The position numbers were made by a program, and so were the translations under genes. From assembly GCA_000165425.1 (NCBI GenBank), contig CT868318.1:647067-711066 (forward strand): a stretch of DNA of 64,000 nucleotides, given 5' to 3'. Numbering within the stretch: the stretch's first letter is position 1; each line of letters opens with the position of its first letter. The notes below the pieces were generated by a model. The model was not told where the DNA came from. It did no database searches and worked only from the letters and a program-made list of their open reading frames with translations. Origin of the DNA: Paramecium tetraurelia. Lineage: Eukaryota. This document shows positions 1 to 12,263 of the stretch, piece by piece.

Positions 1-682
1 TCTCATTTATTTCAGACTAGAGTTATAATTAAATATTAATATTAATATTTTAGCATGAATCTATCTCTATCTAAAGAGAAAAAATAAGCTATTCTATTAT
101 TTAATTTATAGTATTAGGAAAGAGTCAAGGGTGATGGATTAATTGATTTGAATTTAAATTGTTACTAAATGGAAACAGCCGTTTATACTTATATTATATT
201 TTGCTTAAATAATAAGAACTTTATTGATGATCATATTAGCATTAATTTAAATACTTTTCATTTCAATTTGTTAAGTAGATATGTGTGTATCTTCCTGATA
301 CCTATATAAATTTTTAATTCATTTTGAGTTACTAAATGATCCAATTATAGTTTTTTTAACATATAATTTTTCTTTGCTATAGAACTTATCCAACTCACAC
401 TAAATCATGAAATTAAAATGTATAATTTTTTTAAACTTAATATAATTAGTTTATAAATATAGTATTTAGTTATGACTAAAAAAAAAGTATATATAGGTAC
501 TTATTAATAATAAATATGGATAAAAAATAATTTATAAATATGATATAAATGAGTTAATTCTTGAGAAATTATTGGATTAACATATGAACACTCAAAGTAT
601 TTATTAAAAATATAAAGTTAAGTATAATAAAAGAGGCGAATATAATATCCTCTCTGAAAATAAATAAATAAAATTAATTGAT

Positions 683-1891
683 TCATTTTTTAAATATGTT
701 TGTTGAATTATAGAGTTAGGATTGACACTCTTATTGTTTAATGTTTGATACAAATAAACCATCTTATTATTTAAATTGATCAAGAAAGTCAGAATTATTT
801 AATTAAAGTGAATTAAATAGATTTAGGTTTGGTTGTTAGTTCGATTAAAATGGCAACATAAATTAGGCTGAAAATTACAATTATGGATTTTATTGAAGAT
901 TAATTGATTAAAATGATTAGTCTTATTGATAAATTTCTTATTATTGTTGTTGTTGTTGTTGTTGTTGTTGTTATTATTATTATTATTATTGTTATTCTTT
1001 ATCTTGGAGTTTATCATTCTTTTTTTAAGTTTTAGTATCATTGCTTTAATAAGGAGGAGATAATTAAATGATTGAATCTACCAATGCATTATAATCAAGT
1101 TGGAGATCATGTTTACCATCCTTTGGCATTCTCATGAGTTTACAGAATAGTTTATTAATAATCCTTGGTGCAGTTCTTAATGCTCCATTCATATAGGTTT
1201 ATCTCCAATTTTCTATAAACTTTTTAAAACTACGCATATTGAATGTATTTACTCATCATTGCAATATGACTGAATATGTTAGGTAATTAGTAAAATGTCT
1301 TAATCATTTGATTCATTAAAAAAACATTTAATCGTGTAGCCACAGCATACTAAAAAGAGCAAAAGCTTTTTATATCCTTCTAGGTTGTAGATCTAAGAAT
1401 TAAAATAGATTTACTTCAGAATTACATAAAAAGTCTTACTTAAAATATTATATGAAATTTTAAATGAGAGGGTCATCGTCAAATCTCCACTTCTATGATT
1501 CAATAATATGGAGAAAGAATATAACCTCGAGTTCATTGAACATGAACTTTTTTGTTACTCCTCTAAGCATTTTGAATAAGGGTTAAGCTGTGGCAGCTTA
1601 AGAAGCACTTTCTAAGGAAGCAAAACGACTTAGCATTTAATTAATAAGAAATGAGTAGCATTAATCTGTATATGCAATACACTTAGCATCATATTCTTTT
1701 TGTAATACAAATTTGTTCTTTTTTTATTCATTTTTTGAATTAGATTGCTAGATATCCTTGAATGATTAATTAGTTTATTCTTGAGTTACTAAAATTCGTT
1801 TATTAAGAGGTTCTTCAAATTATTGAGTGCCATTGTCTAAACAGATTCTTGGTGTTTCTTTGACTATGTAGGTAGGGTATTTTTTATTCAT
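683..1891 (-). CDS. Hypothetical protein with C-terminal polyQ tract; 2 introns
   Basis: Ciliate-code frame MNKKYPTYIVKETPRICLD...FMFNELEVIFFLHIIESQKWRF...LLLFLVCCGYTIKCFFN...YNALVDSII. Introns gtaaatctattttaattcttag and gtaaatacattcaatatgcgtag restore the frame. TGA placed at 683-685. Confidence 0.75.
938..996 (-). repeat. (CAA/TAA)n microsatellite encoding polyglutamine
   Basis: ttg/tta trinucleotide run, in frame as Gln codons in the 683-1891 gene (not poly-Asn as in the ORF track). Confidence 0.85.
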
Positions 1892-2153
1892 ATAAATTGT
1901 ATTTATAAGTATATTATAAAGTTTAAGTTAAAGTAAATCATTTTTATTAAATATTATTTGGTTCTAAGAAATGATCAGAATGATGATTTAATAGCACTGA
2001 ATTTGGTGGATCTAAAATCTAATTCTTTCTGAAAGTAAAATTGATAACTTTAAACATTATTAATACTTTTTCTATTAATTGTTAGAATCAAAACATAAAA
2101 ATTTTATTTTAGAATATTAAAATAATAATCTTGTTAATAAGTATTCCTCATAA

Positions 2154-2540
2154 TCACTCTTGATATCCAGACATTGATTATAAGTACTATGATATTGAAT
2201 CAAATTCTTATGCCATCTATATAATAAAATTATGTTATACTTGATTAAATAGTTGATTTAATTCATCAAATGACTTCATTATATCATTTACGAAGATTTC
2301 ATCATTAAATTATTATATTTCTGGATTTTGATTTATAGCTTAAGTTTCTTGAACTTTAGCAGGTTCTTTTTGAAGATCTTGTTCTCTAAATTCAACCTTA
2401 TTTCCTGCTTGTGCTGTTTCTGTAATTTATTAGTTTTATTAAATTAAAGAAACTGATTGTTATTGTTACATTTATTTTGGTAGGCTCCCTTATTTAGCTT
2501 GTACATTCTTTTTTTGTGTCTTACAACCGCAGATACCCAT
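2154..2540 (-). CDS. Small putative N-myristoylated/palmitoylated protein with C-terminal helix
   Basis: MGICGCKTQKK...DIMKSFDELNQLFNQ|MAQEFDSISQYLQSMSGYQE*. One probable 24-nt intron. Confidence 0.75.
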
Positions 2541-2644
2541 TGATTTTATTTAATTTAAATAATGCTATCTTTATTAGATAGTTTAAGAAGGAGAAATAAA
2601 TAGTTATCTCAGTCCTATTTAATTTATATATATATATTTGATTA

Positions 2645-2942
2645 TCATTACTATTATTCCCTTAATTCTTTTACCATTTCTTCGATATCTTTATCCAACT
2701 TTTTATATTAAACAAATTTTACTTCATTTATGGATTACATTAATTCATCGAAAACAGTCTACACCTATTGTTCCAAAGGGTCTAATTCTGGGTCATCTTT
2801 TTTAATCTATGGAATTTAATCAAACAACTACTAGATTATCATTATTTATATCAAGAAGATTCTAGCTTTGAGACTTTTAAATTGTAGACTCTTTAGTTTT
2901 TGGTTCTTCTATTGTCTATTGCTTCTACGAATTGTTTCCCAT
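2645..2942 (-). CDS. Small putative N-myristoylated protein, likely paralog of 2154-2540
   Basis: MGNNSQKQQ...QVQTVFDELMQSINE|LDKDIEEMVKELREQQQ*. Introns of 25 and 24 nt. Confidence 0.75.
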
Positions 2943-3043
2943 TCTTTTTATGAATAAATATATAATAATTATTATTATCCAATTTTTTGTTTAAGTGAAT
3001 CAGCATAAGTAATCTATTACTTAAATATTGATAGATTATAGAT

Positions 3044-4750
3044 TCACAGATCCTCATCACTACTACCCTTGTCTTCCTCTTACATTGATGATTAATTGCT
3101 ACTCATTTACTCTTACCTAGCAATTCTCTATAAAAAATTTAAAATTTATTGCATCCCCCATGGATGTCTTTGGAATTAATGCCTTTATTAAAGGAATTAA
3201 GCCCTAATGTCTTCAGAAACTTACTGTTATTAAGAGGATTGCCTTTTCACATCCTTTTGCTAATAAACATATAGTTAGTTTTAGGTCGGATGAAACTTGA
3301 AACAGGATATCTCTTTTTATTATTCTGATACCTATATTATAATATTTGTTTACTTAAAATATTTCAATAGGTTAACTTGATTTCTGAATGTGCCAAACTA
3401 ACAACTACCCTGAACTATTCGCAGCAGCTATTAAATTACTATTCATGCATCCAAAGTCTAATTGAGTACTAAGAGTAGTTATACTAGAAGTAGGTTGGAA
3501 TACTTTAATCAACAGTAGTTCTGATATTGAATATAAATGCAATTATGTTATAGTGTCACTTACGAATAATAATACAAAGTTAAAGTCTTTATCTACAATT
3601 GAATTCTGATTGTTTTTGATAGTTGAAGTTTAGGATATTTATTTTTTAGAATATAATTGATACAAACTGATTTTATTTTGACTTGTTAATAGCAAAAGTT
3701 CCTTTTATTGATGAATATGTAAATTCAGCAGTTTTTCTTCAATTTTTAATCCTCCCTTCCTCTCACTTTCATTCCATTCATAAAGCCATCCATCTTTTGA
3801 TATAGTATAGATGTCATATTCATTTTTCTACTTTTTCTTCTGTTAATCACATAAAACAAAGTTGAACGCTTGAACTACGGCATTGTGTCCTTCAAGTTTA
3901 TATTTTTTTTCTGTTTAGATATTATACACAAAAACTGTAAAATCTTCAGAGGATGTTCCTAAGTATTTGTTGCAAGGTGAGAATACTATTGATGTAATGA
4001 CACTAGTTTGGCCCGTTGGTATTTTTCTTGGCTTTTTCTAATATTCTTTGATTTAGTTATCAAATTAATATAAATAAATTGAGAGACCATGCACTAATGC
4101 TTTATATTGACCATTAGATGAAAAGAGGCAAAAACTAATATTTTTCTTTTGTTTGATGATGTTGAGTTGAAAATTGCAGGAGTGCTTTTAGATGATTTTG
4201 TAATCTTGTTCTAATTTATTATGGAAATGGCAATCCAAAATTTGTTTGGCTTATTATTGTTGTATTATGGTCACCAATCTATTGGGTTCAATTAATCCAA
4301 TTTATTTATAGCACAACTACATTACTTCATCTATCAATTCTTGTTCTTATTTCACTTTAAGTTCTGGCAGATAAATCATGGAAGCATATTGATACTTTTA
4401 ATCTTCATCTAAATATAGACATATTGAAATGTACCTTAACAAAATTTTGTCATTTGATTTCTCAATAATTAGACTGCTTCTTAAACATTGTGCAATTTAA
4501 GTAATTTAATATATTGTTATTCTAATACTTTCAAAATGCATTATTATTTTGTGTTTTCATCTACATATTGATTCAGAATCTATTCTAATTATTTTATGTC
4601 ATAATTTTTTATAGATTGAGTTATTAATTCTAAACTGTAAGGATCAAGTTGAATTTATGATTATTCTTAGAGTTTCTAAAAAGTTTGATCATATTTATAT
4701 TATCTTAAAAATTAGAGAATTACTTTTATTTTTTCTTCCTTAATGTTCAT
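3044..4750 (-). CDS. WDR26: LisH-CTLH-WD40 protein, WDR26/Gid7-like (CTLH E3 ligase subunit)
   Basis: N-terminal LisH-like KVILQFLRQYKYDQTFQKLQEQSQIQLD. IEPNRLVTIIQQ..ILDCHFHN resembles the WDR26 PPRRL..LL.Q..CLYHN motif. WD repeats follow (FSPCNKYL, LEGHNAVV, FHPT). Confidence 0.75.
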
Positions 4751-4797
4751 TTAATATTTGATTAAAAAAAATTTCTTTTTTTAATTGACCATAAATA

Positions 4798-6566
4798 ATG
4801 GATATCGTTGGAGTAAATCATAATCGTTATCATAGAACGTGTTGCCATAAGTTTTGAAAGACGAAGCTACTGAAGATAAGGGAGAGATGGCCAGATTGGT
4901 AAATTATTGATTATTAACATTCAAAAGTAAAGCTTTGTAGGAGCAATTGCAGTTGCAGATCTAGTAAAAACAACTCTTGGACCAAAAGGAATGGTTAGAT
5001 TTATGAATTAATTTTATAGGATAAAATATTGAAACCAACTGGACCAGGCTAAGAAATGACTCATATCACTGTAACCAATGATGGTGCTACAATTCTGAGG
5101 TCAATGTATGTGGAGAATCCCGCAGCCAAGATTCTTATAGAAATCAGCAAGACCTAGGATGAGGAAGTAGGAGATGGGACTACAACAGTTGCAGTATTGG
5201 CAGGCGAATTATTGCGGGAAGGAGAGAAATTAATCTAAAAAAGAATTCATCCATAACATGTTATTGCTGGTTGGAGAATTGCTAGGGATGTGGCCTTAAA
5301 GAGACTTAGAGATATTTGTAAGGAATTGTATTATGTTGATTAGCTAGTGAAAATGATATCAATTCTTAAGAATTTCATGATGATTTGGTTAAGATTGCCA
5401 GAACTACATTGAGTTCAAAGTTAATCACTACAGATAGAGATTACTTTGCAGATTTATGTGTGAAAGCAGTACTTAGATTAAAGGGATCATCCAATTTGGA
5501 CTATATTCAAATAATCAAACTTCCAGGAGGAACAATAAGAGACTCTTATTTGGATGATGGATTCATTTTGAAGAAATAGATAACCATTGGATGCAAGAGA
5601 AGAATTGAAAATGCTAAGATTTTGGTGGCTAATACTGCTATGGATTATGATAAAATTAAAATTTATGGCACAAAAGTTAAAGTCAATTCAATGGATAAAG
5701 TTGCAGAAATAGAGGCTGCTGAAAAGGAAAAGATGAAACATAAAGTTGATAAGATTCTTAAATATTAACCAACAGTATTTGTCAATAGATAATTGATTTA
5801 CAATTATCCAGAATAACTATTGGCAGATTCTGGAATCACTGTTATAGAACATGCTGATTTCGAAGGAATGGAAAGAGTTGCTGCAGCCACAGGAGCTGAA
5901 ATCTTATCAACATTTGATGCTCCAGAAAGATCAGCATAAGTCTTAGGTCACTGTGATTTAATTGAAGAAATTATGATTGGAGAAGAAAAAGTAAACTATT
6001 AAATAATTCTTATTAGATGATTAAATTTTCAGGATGCAAGAAAAATGAAGCATGCACCATTGTGTTAAGAGGAGCTAGTACACATATTTTGGATGAAGTG
6101 GATAGATCAATCCATGATGCTTTATGTGTTTTAATTACTACAGTCAAAAACAGAAGAGTTGTTTGGGGAGGTGGTAATTCAGAAATGCAAATGGCAGCTG
6201 CTTGTGAAGAGGAAGCCAAAAAAGTATAAGGAAAATAAGCATTTGCAATTGAAGCTTTTGCTAGAGCTTTGAGATAGATTCCAACTATTATTTGCGATAA
6301 TGGAGGTATTTATTCTTATGGAATTTATTCAAGGTTATGACTCTGCTGAATTAATCTAAAATTTCAAAGTTGAATTATAAAAAGGCAATTAAATTTGTGG
6401 TTTAAATATGACTGACGGAACAATTGGAAACATGAGTGAATTAGGTGTTAAAGAATGTTTGAGGGTTAAAGAACAAGCATTAATGGCTGCCAGTGAAGCA
6501 GCTGAATTAATTATGAGAGTTGATGATATTGTTAAATGTGCACCAAGAAAGAGAGAAAGAGCATGA
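4798..6566 (+). CDS. CCT2: T-complex protein 1 subunit beta (chaperonin CCT2); 6 introns
   Basis: [49 protein letters not shown] and C-terminal APRKRE. Confidence 0.97.
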
Positions 6567-6601
6567 AGTTAATTATAATAATACAAAAATTAAAACATAT
6601 A

Positions 6602-8116
6602 TCATTATTCATTTTCTTATATTAAATTTTGCTCTCCACATTCCTCACTATATTATTATTATTATTAAGTAGTATGATAATGTATTATATGTTCTTGAGG
6701 TTTAGGTTAAAAGGAGTTCTCATCAGTTTCAATTATTTACCCAATGTATGGATGATATGCTTTTATTGATAATATGCAAATGACACAGAATAAGTAGATA
6801 CACAATGGTAAAATTAAATAGATTAAAAGAAGATATCCAATCCAGTATCCTTTGTTAGTCTCTACTTCAATATTAATATTTGGAAAATGCTCAATATCTG
6901 TCTAAAAAAAGAGAAACGGATCATCATCAACAGTCTTTTTTATATTTCCACTCAATTCATAATAATATTAAGTATTATTCTCGAATGGCCAATTTACTTA
7001 AAACTAAAACAATGTACTATCATAATATAAGCAGCTCTAATCGTTATTCTCTTCTTAGAAATAGCATTCTAGAAAAGTTTCTTATTCATCATTTTTCAAA
7101 ATAATTTTTGCATTCATTAACCTTAGATTTTTGATATTTTTATGATAATTTTATGGTGATACTGTAATTAAAGCACAAGTGTTATTAATTGTCGATTAAA
7201 CTTCAACTTGCATTCTAATTTAATTATTAGGCTTAAACTTTATCTTAGTTAATGTATCTTAGTCAGGCAGAGATGAAAAGGTATCATCAATTTAAGTAAT
7301 TGCTTCAAATTCTAGAGTTTTATAATCTTCTGACAAATGGTAATATTATTATATTTGATATTAAATCTTGATCATAAATTCCAAATTATTTAAAATTTAA
7401 TAATGGTTTGCTAAAATAAGACTTCCATGTATCTAACTATTATTAGAATCTAACTCTGATATGGTCAAAGTTAAAAGAGTATTATTTAAATATAATTTAA
7501 ACCAATGAAAAAAAGAATAAAAATCTTAAGATTTCTTCAAGGTTGCTTAAAAATACAAGGTGCCATTTTTAATCTCCTATTGTAAACTTAAGTGAAAATC
7601 ATAATAAAATGTATCCTAATTATTAATATGAGGAAGTTATCCTGCCAAATGAACCTAATCAACTGTATGAGTTCGAACTTTTACTATATAAAAAAATATT
7701 AAATTTATCGAAGCATTAGAATTCAACCAAACTTCAAGGTAATTCTTACAAGTTAAAAAATGATATTGCTATATTTAAACGAAAGGCTAACCATTTACGA
7801 TTTTGCTCAAATTATACATTTTATTATCTAAAAAGATGTATAATTGATCTTAATTAAGGGGTCTATTAAAAATGAAGGTATAACTATAAGTGTTGTCTTC
7901 ATCTAAAGGTAATTGATTATTCATGTCTAAGCAAATCCCTTTGGCTTGCTGTAGTCTTAATTATTATTATCCATCTACATCCACTTACTCTTTAGTTTCA
8001 CAATCAATCCATTTCAAAAATTAGAATTATAAATTTTCTAATGGAAAGACGAGATCTAGTATGCCTTCAGCAACAAATTAAATGCAGAAAAATAATAATG
8101 CTATTTATCCTAGCAT
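6602..8116 (-). CDS. Type-I membrane protein (signal peptide, ectodomain, single C-terminal TM)
   Basis: MLGQIALLFFCIQFVAEG...LVFPLENLQFQFLKWIDCE. TM segment YWIGYLLLIYLILPLCIYLFCVICIL. TGA at 6602-6604. Confidence 0.75.
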
Positions 8117-8246
8117 TTATAAAAATAAATTTTTTTATTTCTATCTATTTTAATATAGATATAATCTAACTGTTGAGAACATAATTAAATTACGACAGAC
8201 ATACTTTTCAGTATGTTACAAATACGATAAATTAATAATAGTATAA

Positions 8247-9686
8247 TCAAGTTTTTAGAGCATTCTATTCATAATTGTAGATCTCTCTGAGCAAGCTATT
8301 GTACAAAGATATTTTTATAGTAGAAGTGGATATCAGAAAGCAAATTATAGGCATACCTAAGGACAAAAATATAAGAATTGCTACAAAAAAAAAGTTGTAA
8401 TCTTGTTCTTGAAATACAGGGCCACCTCTTAAATCAACATCAACCAATACAAATTGAAAATTTGGATAATTGTTATCAGTTCTCTAGATAATTGCTGTCA
8501 GATTACAAATATATCCAACATCATCCTTAAAATCGAAATTGACAATAAATGAACATTTACTATAACTATAACTTAAGCAGTTATTATTATTATTATATAA
8601 TTCGCACTTGAATATTTCTCCTTAACTATTTTTTATTGTAAGAACTGCTTCCTCAAATTCTTTTACGCAAAATTAAGATTAATTAAGATTTAATTTTATT
8701 TCTATTGAATTTTACAATTGATTAATCTGAAGTTCATAATTTAGATTGATTTGATGCTACATACCAAATTGTTTTTCTTGTATATAACTAGCTATAGAGA
8801 ACTTGCTGTCAGAAATTTATTAAATTGTGTAAAATACCATTTATTAATCAGGTATTTCGAAACACGGTGTATAAAAATTAAATGTGTATTATGATAATAT
8901 AAGATTACTTAAGTTTTTCATCTAGCTATAACTTTCTGTTCTAGCGATATCTATATTACATTCAAATACAATTGTTTCTCCAACTTCTGTATTATAACAA
9001 TTCATTTTATCGTAAAAATTGTAAGCATCGAAATATAAACATGAACTGATTAACTCAAGACCTTAAAAAGATAATACTCCTTCATAATATAAAGTAGAAT
9101 TAATTATTTCCTAATTCTTTGTTTATAAATTATATTGAGTAATTTAGTATTCTTCTTTAATACCTAAATATTTTTATTATAATAATTATTATTATTCTCT
9201 TAAAACTTAGTTATAGTCATCAGCACTTTAGGTTTATGAATTTAAAATCAAATAGTTTATTAAACCTAAATCCTTGGATTTTGATAGCAGCTAAAACTCA
9301 ATACTATTATAGCTGCATAATCGCTTATGTCTTATAAGTACAAACTTATCAGCGGCAGTTTCTTAAGTGACAGTATAGCTCTCTCCGTCAATATTTATTA
9401 TCAACAAATCATCATTTTATATTGTTCTGTCGAACGTAAAATAATAAAAACTCATGGGTTCATTTAGACTAAATTAAAATGGTTCATATAAGCAAAGTTG
9501 TTTGTTATACGTAATAGGAATCCGAACAGGTTAATCAAATTATGGTTGAATAATAAGACTTGTATTTTAACAATCGACCCATTGTTATTGAAAAATCTAG
9601 AAACTATTTTAAGGAAATAAAATTGTATTCTTTGTGTTGACAAGTTGACAATCAAGGACTATAAATATAAAAATTAAATTAAACAT
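8247..9686 (-). CDS. Type-I membrane protein, likely tandem paralog of 6602-8116
   Basis: MFNLIFIFIVLDCQLV...ILFPQNSFQIFQQQWVDCQ. TM segment FFFVAILIFLSLGMPIICFLI. Confidence 0.75.
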
Positions 9687-9700
9687 TAAATTTATTAATA

Positions 9701-10063
9701 ATGAAAATTGATTAGCAAAAACTAAATATTTTTTATGATGACATGTGTGGAATTTGTGATAAGTTTATAAAATTCATAATCTATTTGATAAATCCTAACA
9801 TTCTTGAATTTTATTCCTTACAGAATGCAATTTAAGATGAAAAATTAAGATAAGAATATGGATTAGATCTAACATCAATTGCAGTGATAACATAAAATAA
9901 GAAATTAATAAAGTCAAAAGCCATTTTTTATTTACTAAAGTAGACAAAATTAAAATATTTTATTAAATTGATTGAATTTATTATACCATTGTGTTTGTCA
10001 GATTGGATCTACGATTTTGTTGCATAACACAGAAATAAAATATGTAAATTAAAAAAAAGATGA
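9701..10063 (+). CDS. DCC-family thiol-disulfide oxidoreductase (DxxCxxC), intronless, 120 aa
   Basis: IFYDDMCGICDKF, KSKAIFYLL, IPLCLSDWIYDFVAQHR. Confidence 0.9.
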
Positions 10064-10527
10064 ATGATTATGAGATAATATTGATATCATATTTCTAGTT
10101 CCATTTTCACTTTTTCTAATCATTTAAGAAAATATTAAATCAATTACTAAAATTTTATTAAGCTACACCAAACCTTTTATTATATCTTATTTATTAATTA
10201 CAATATATATCTATTTTTCTTAGGTTTAAACTTATTTCAAATTAGCAATCTTCATAACTTAGCCTCTTTATTGAAAATTAATTTTTAATATTAACATAGA
10301 ATTTAATAAAATTGTGATTACAATATATTTTTAATACTAAAATATGAAAGGACACATGTAGTCTTGCTTCAGATTTAAAATAAAGGTGAGCTTTTTATAT
10401 ATAAATATCCAAATTTAAAATTAATTTATAATAATAAATAAATTTATGAGTTTAAAGCCTTAAATTAATTATAAAATGAAATTTCTATAAATTATTTTCA
10501 TCATTTAAAAATTTTGATCATTTACAG

Positions 10528-12176
10528 ATGGGAACAGAAGAATAAGATGATAAGGTAGAATTAGTAGTAATCTGAGAAAACTGCTTCCATTAGTGATGCA
10601 ATTTTATTGATGATGGCTTTGCTTGTTCTTAACCAGATTATTATAGATCTATTCAACAGAATTTAGAAGACAAGTCCAATAAAAAAATTTATCAATCCCC
10701 CTATGATAACAACAACTATTGGAATCCTAGCGGGTATTGTAATGAACGAAATCGAAGCAGATAATGCAATGAATTAAATTAGAAGAGGATTTAGTCAACT
10801 CTTTTTGATCGTTCTACTCCCTCCAATACTATTCGAAAGGTATTTTTGATTATTCTATATTCATAAGCGCTGTCAATATGGAAACTGTAATAATATTGTA
10901 TTTATTCTCTAGTAACCATTTTTTTAGCATTTTGGCACTATTCACTTATATGCAATATTTGGTACTCTTATAGCAATTTTAATAACGACAGGAATGATTT
11001 ATTTAGGAGGACTAACTGGATTTGTAACTGCTTTTCCTTTAAATCTTGCATTTGTATATGGTTCATTAATTTCTGCAACTGATCCAGTTAGTGTGATCGG
11101 TGCATTGAAATCAATGGAAATTGAAAAGATGTTAGGCATATTAATATTTGGAGAAAGTATTTTAAATGATGCTGTTTCATTAACAAGTTATGAGTAATTT
11201 CAGTTAGTTGATTAATTTAAGGGCTGCTTTGGATTTTTATAATGATTCCGACTAGGGAGTAGGTTGGGTCATTTTAGGGTTTTTTCTTGAATTCATACTA
11301 TCAATAATAATTGGATTCGTTATTGGTTGTTTAAGTGCTTATGTAATTGAATTAAAATATTACTAGATACTAAAAAAAAGAAATGAAGATTCATAAGATT
11401 CAATAGCGGAATTAGAGAACATTATTATGTTTATAGTTCCTTGGGTTTCTTATTTGATTGCTGAGGCTTTGGAATTTTCTGGAATTGTCAGCATAATTTT
11501 CTGTGGAATTTCAATGGCTAGATATGCTATTCCAAATTTAAGTAAATCTGGAAGAAAAGTATAATTAATTCATATTTTAATTAGAGCATTAGTAAAATAT
11601 ATCATAGTATGTCCTCTATTTTTGAAAATCTAACTTTTTTATTTATTGGAATTGGGTTAATAGGTTTTGATCTATATTGGAATGAAATGGGAGCGGGTTT
11701 ATTCTTAATTACATTCTTTGCAATCTTATTTGCTAGATTAGCAAATATTGTATCAATGAGCTTTATTGCGAATTGGTTCAGATCAACAAATAAAATCAAT
11801 AAAAGCTAGCAAGTATTTTTATGGTTTAGTGGATTTCGAGGAGCTATGGCATATGCATTATCTTTAGAAAGTTGCTTATAATTTGAATATTATGGAAACA
11901 TTATGTTAACGATGACAATTTTAATTGCAATAATTAATATTTACTTCTAAGGAGCTTTCATCATACCTTTAATTGAAATTTTGAATCTTAAGTTACCATA
12001 AGATTCAAATGAAGAAGAAAAACCTTAGGTTGGATGTTTAGCAAGATGTAAATATGCAATCGGTTAGTTTGATCAAAGGTTTATCTCCTCAAATTTAATA
12101 AAATCGTATTTATTTACTCCTATATTTTAGGGATGAAAAAAAAGATATTGAATTGTAAGATGTAGAAAAACAATGA
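10528..12176 (+). CDS. Na+/H+ exchanger (CPA1/NHE family); multiple introns including a 19-nt micro-exon at 10868-10886
   Basis: LLPPILFES, GSLISATDPVSV, FGESILNDAVS, SGIVSIIFCG, WFSGFRGAMAYAL. Confidence 0.93.
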
Positions 12177-12263
12177 TGATGTAATTATTATATATTTATA
12201 ATATATTGTATTGAATAACTATTCTAGAAACAAAATTTATTATAGTATTTCAAATTGATTTTC

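Noticed and set aside
56..330. About 90-codon plus-strand frame from the ATG at 56
   Set aside because: No recognisable motif. With only one stop codon, frames of this length arise by chance.
632..655. AGGCGAA motif recurring at about 634, 14390 and 60453, and a small AGAGG/CCTCT hairpin
   Set aside because: It also occurs in coding DNA (about 5202), and the count is compatible with chance.
823..1041. Poly-Asn ORF from the ORF track
   Set aside because: Wrong frame of a polyQ tract inside the 683-1891 gene.
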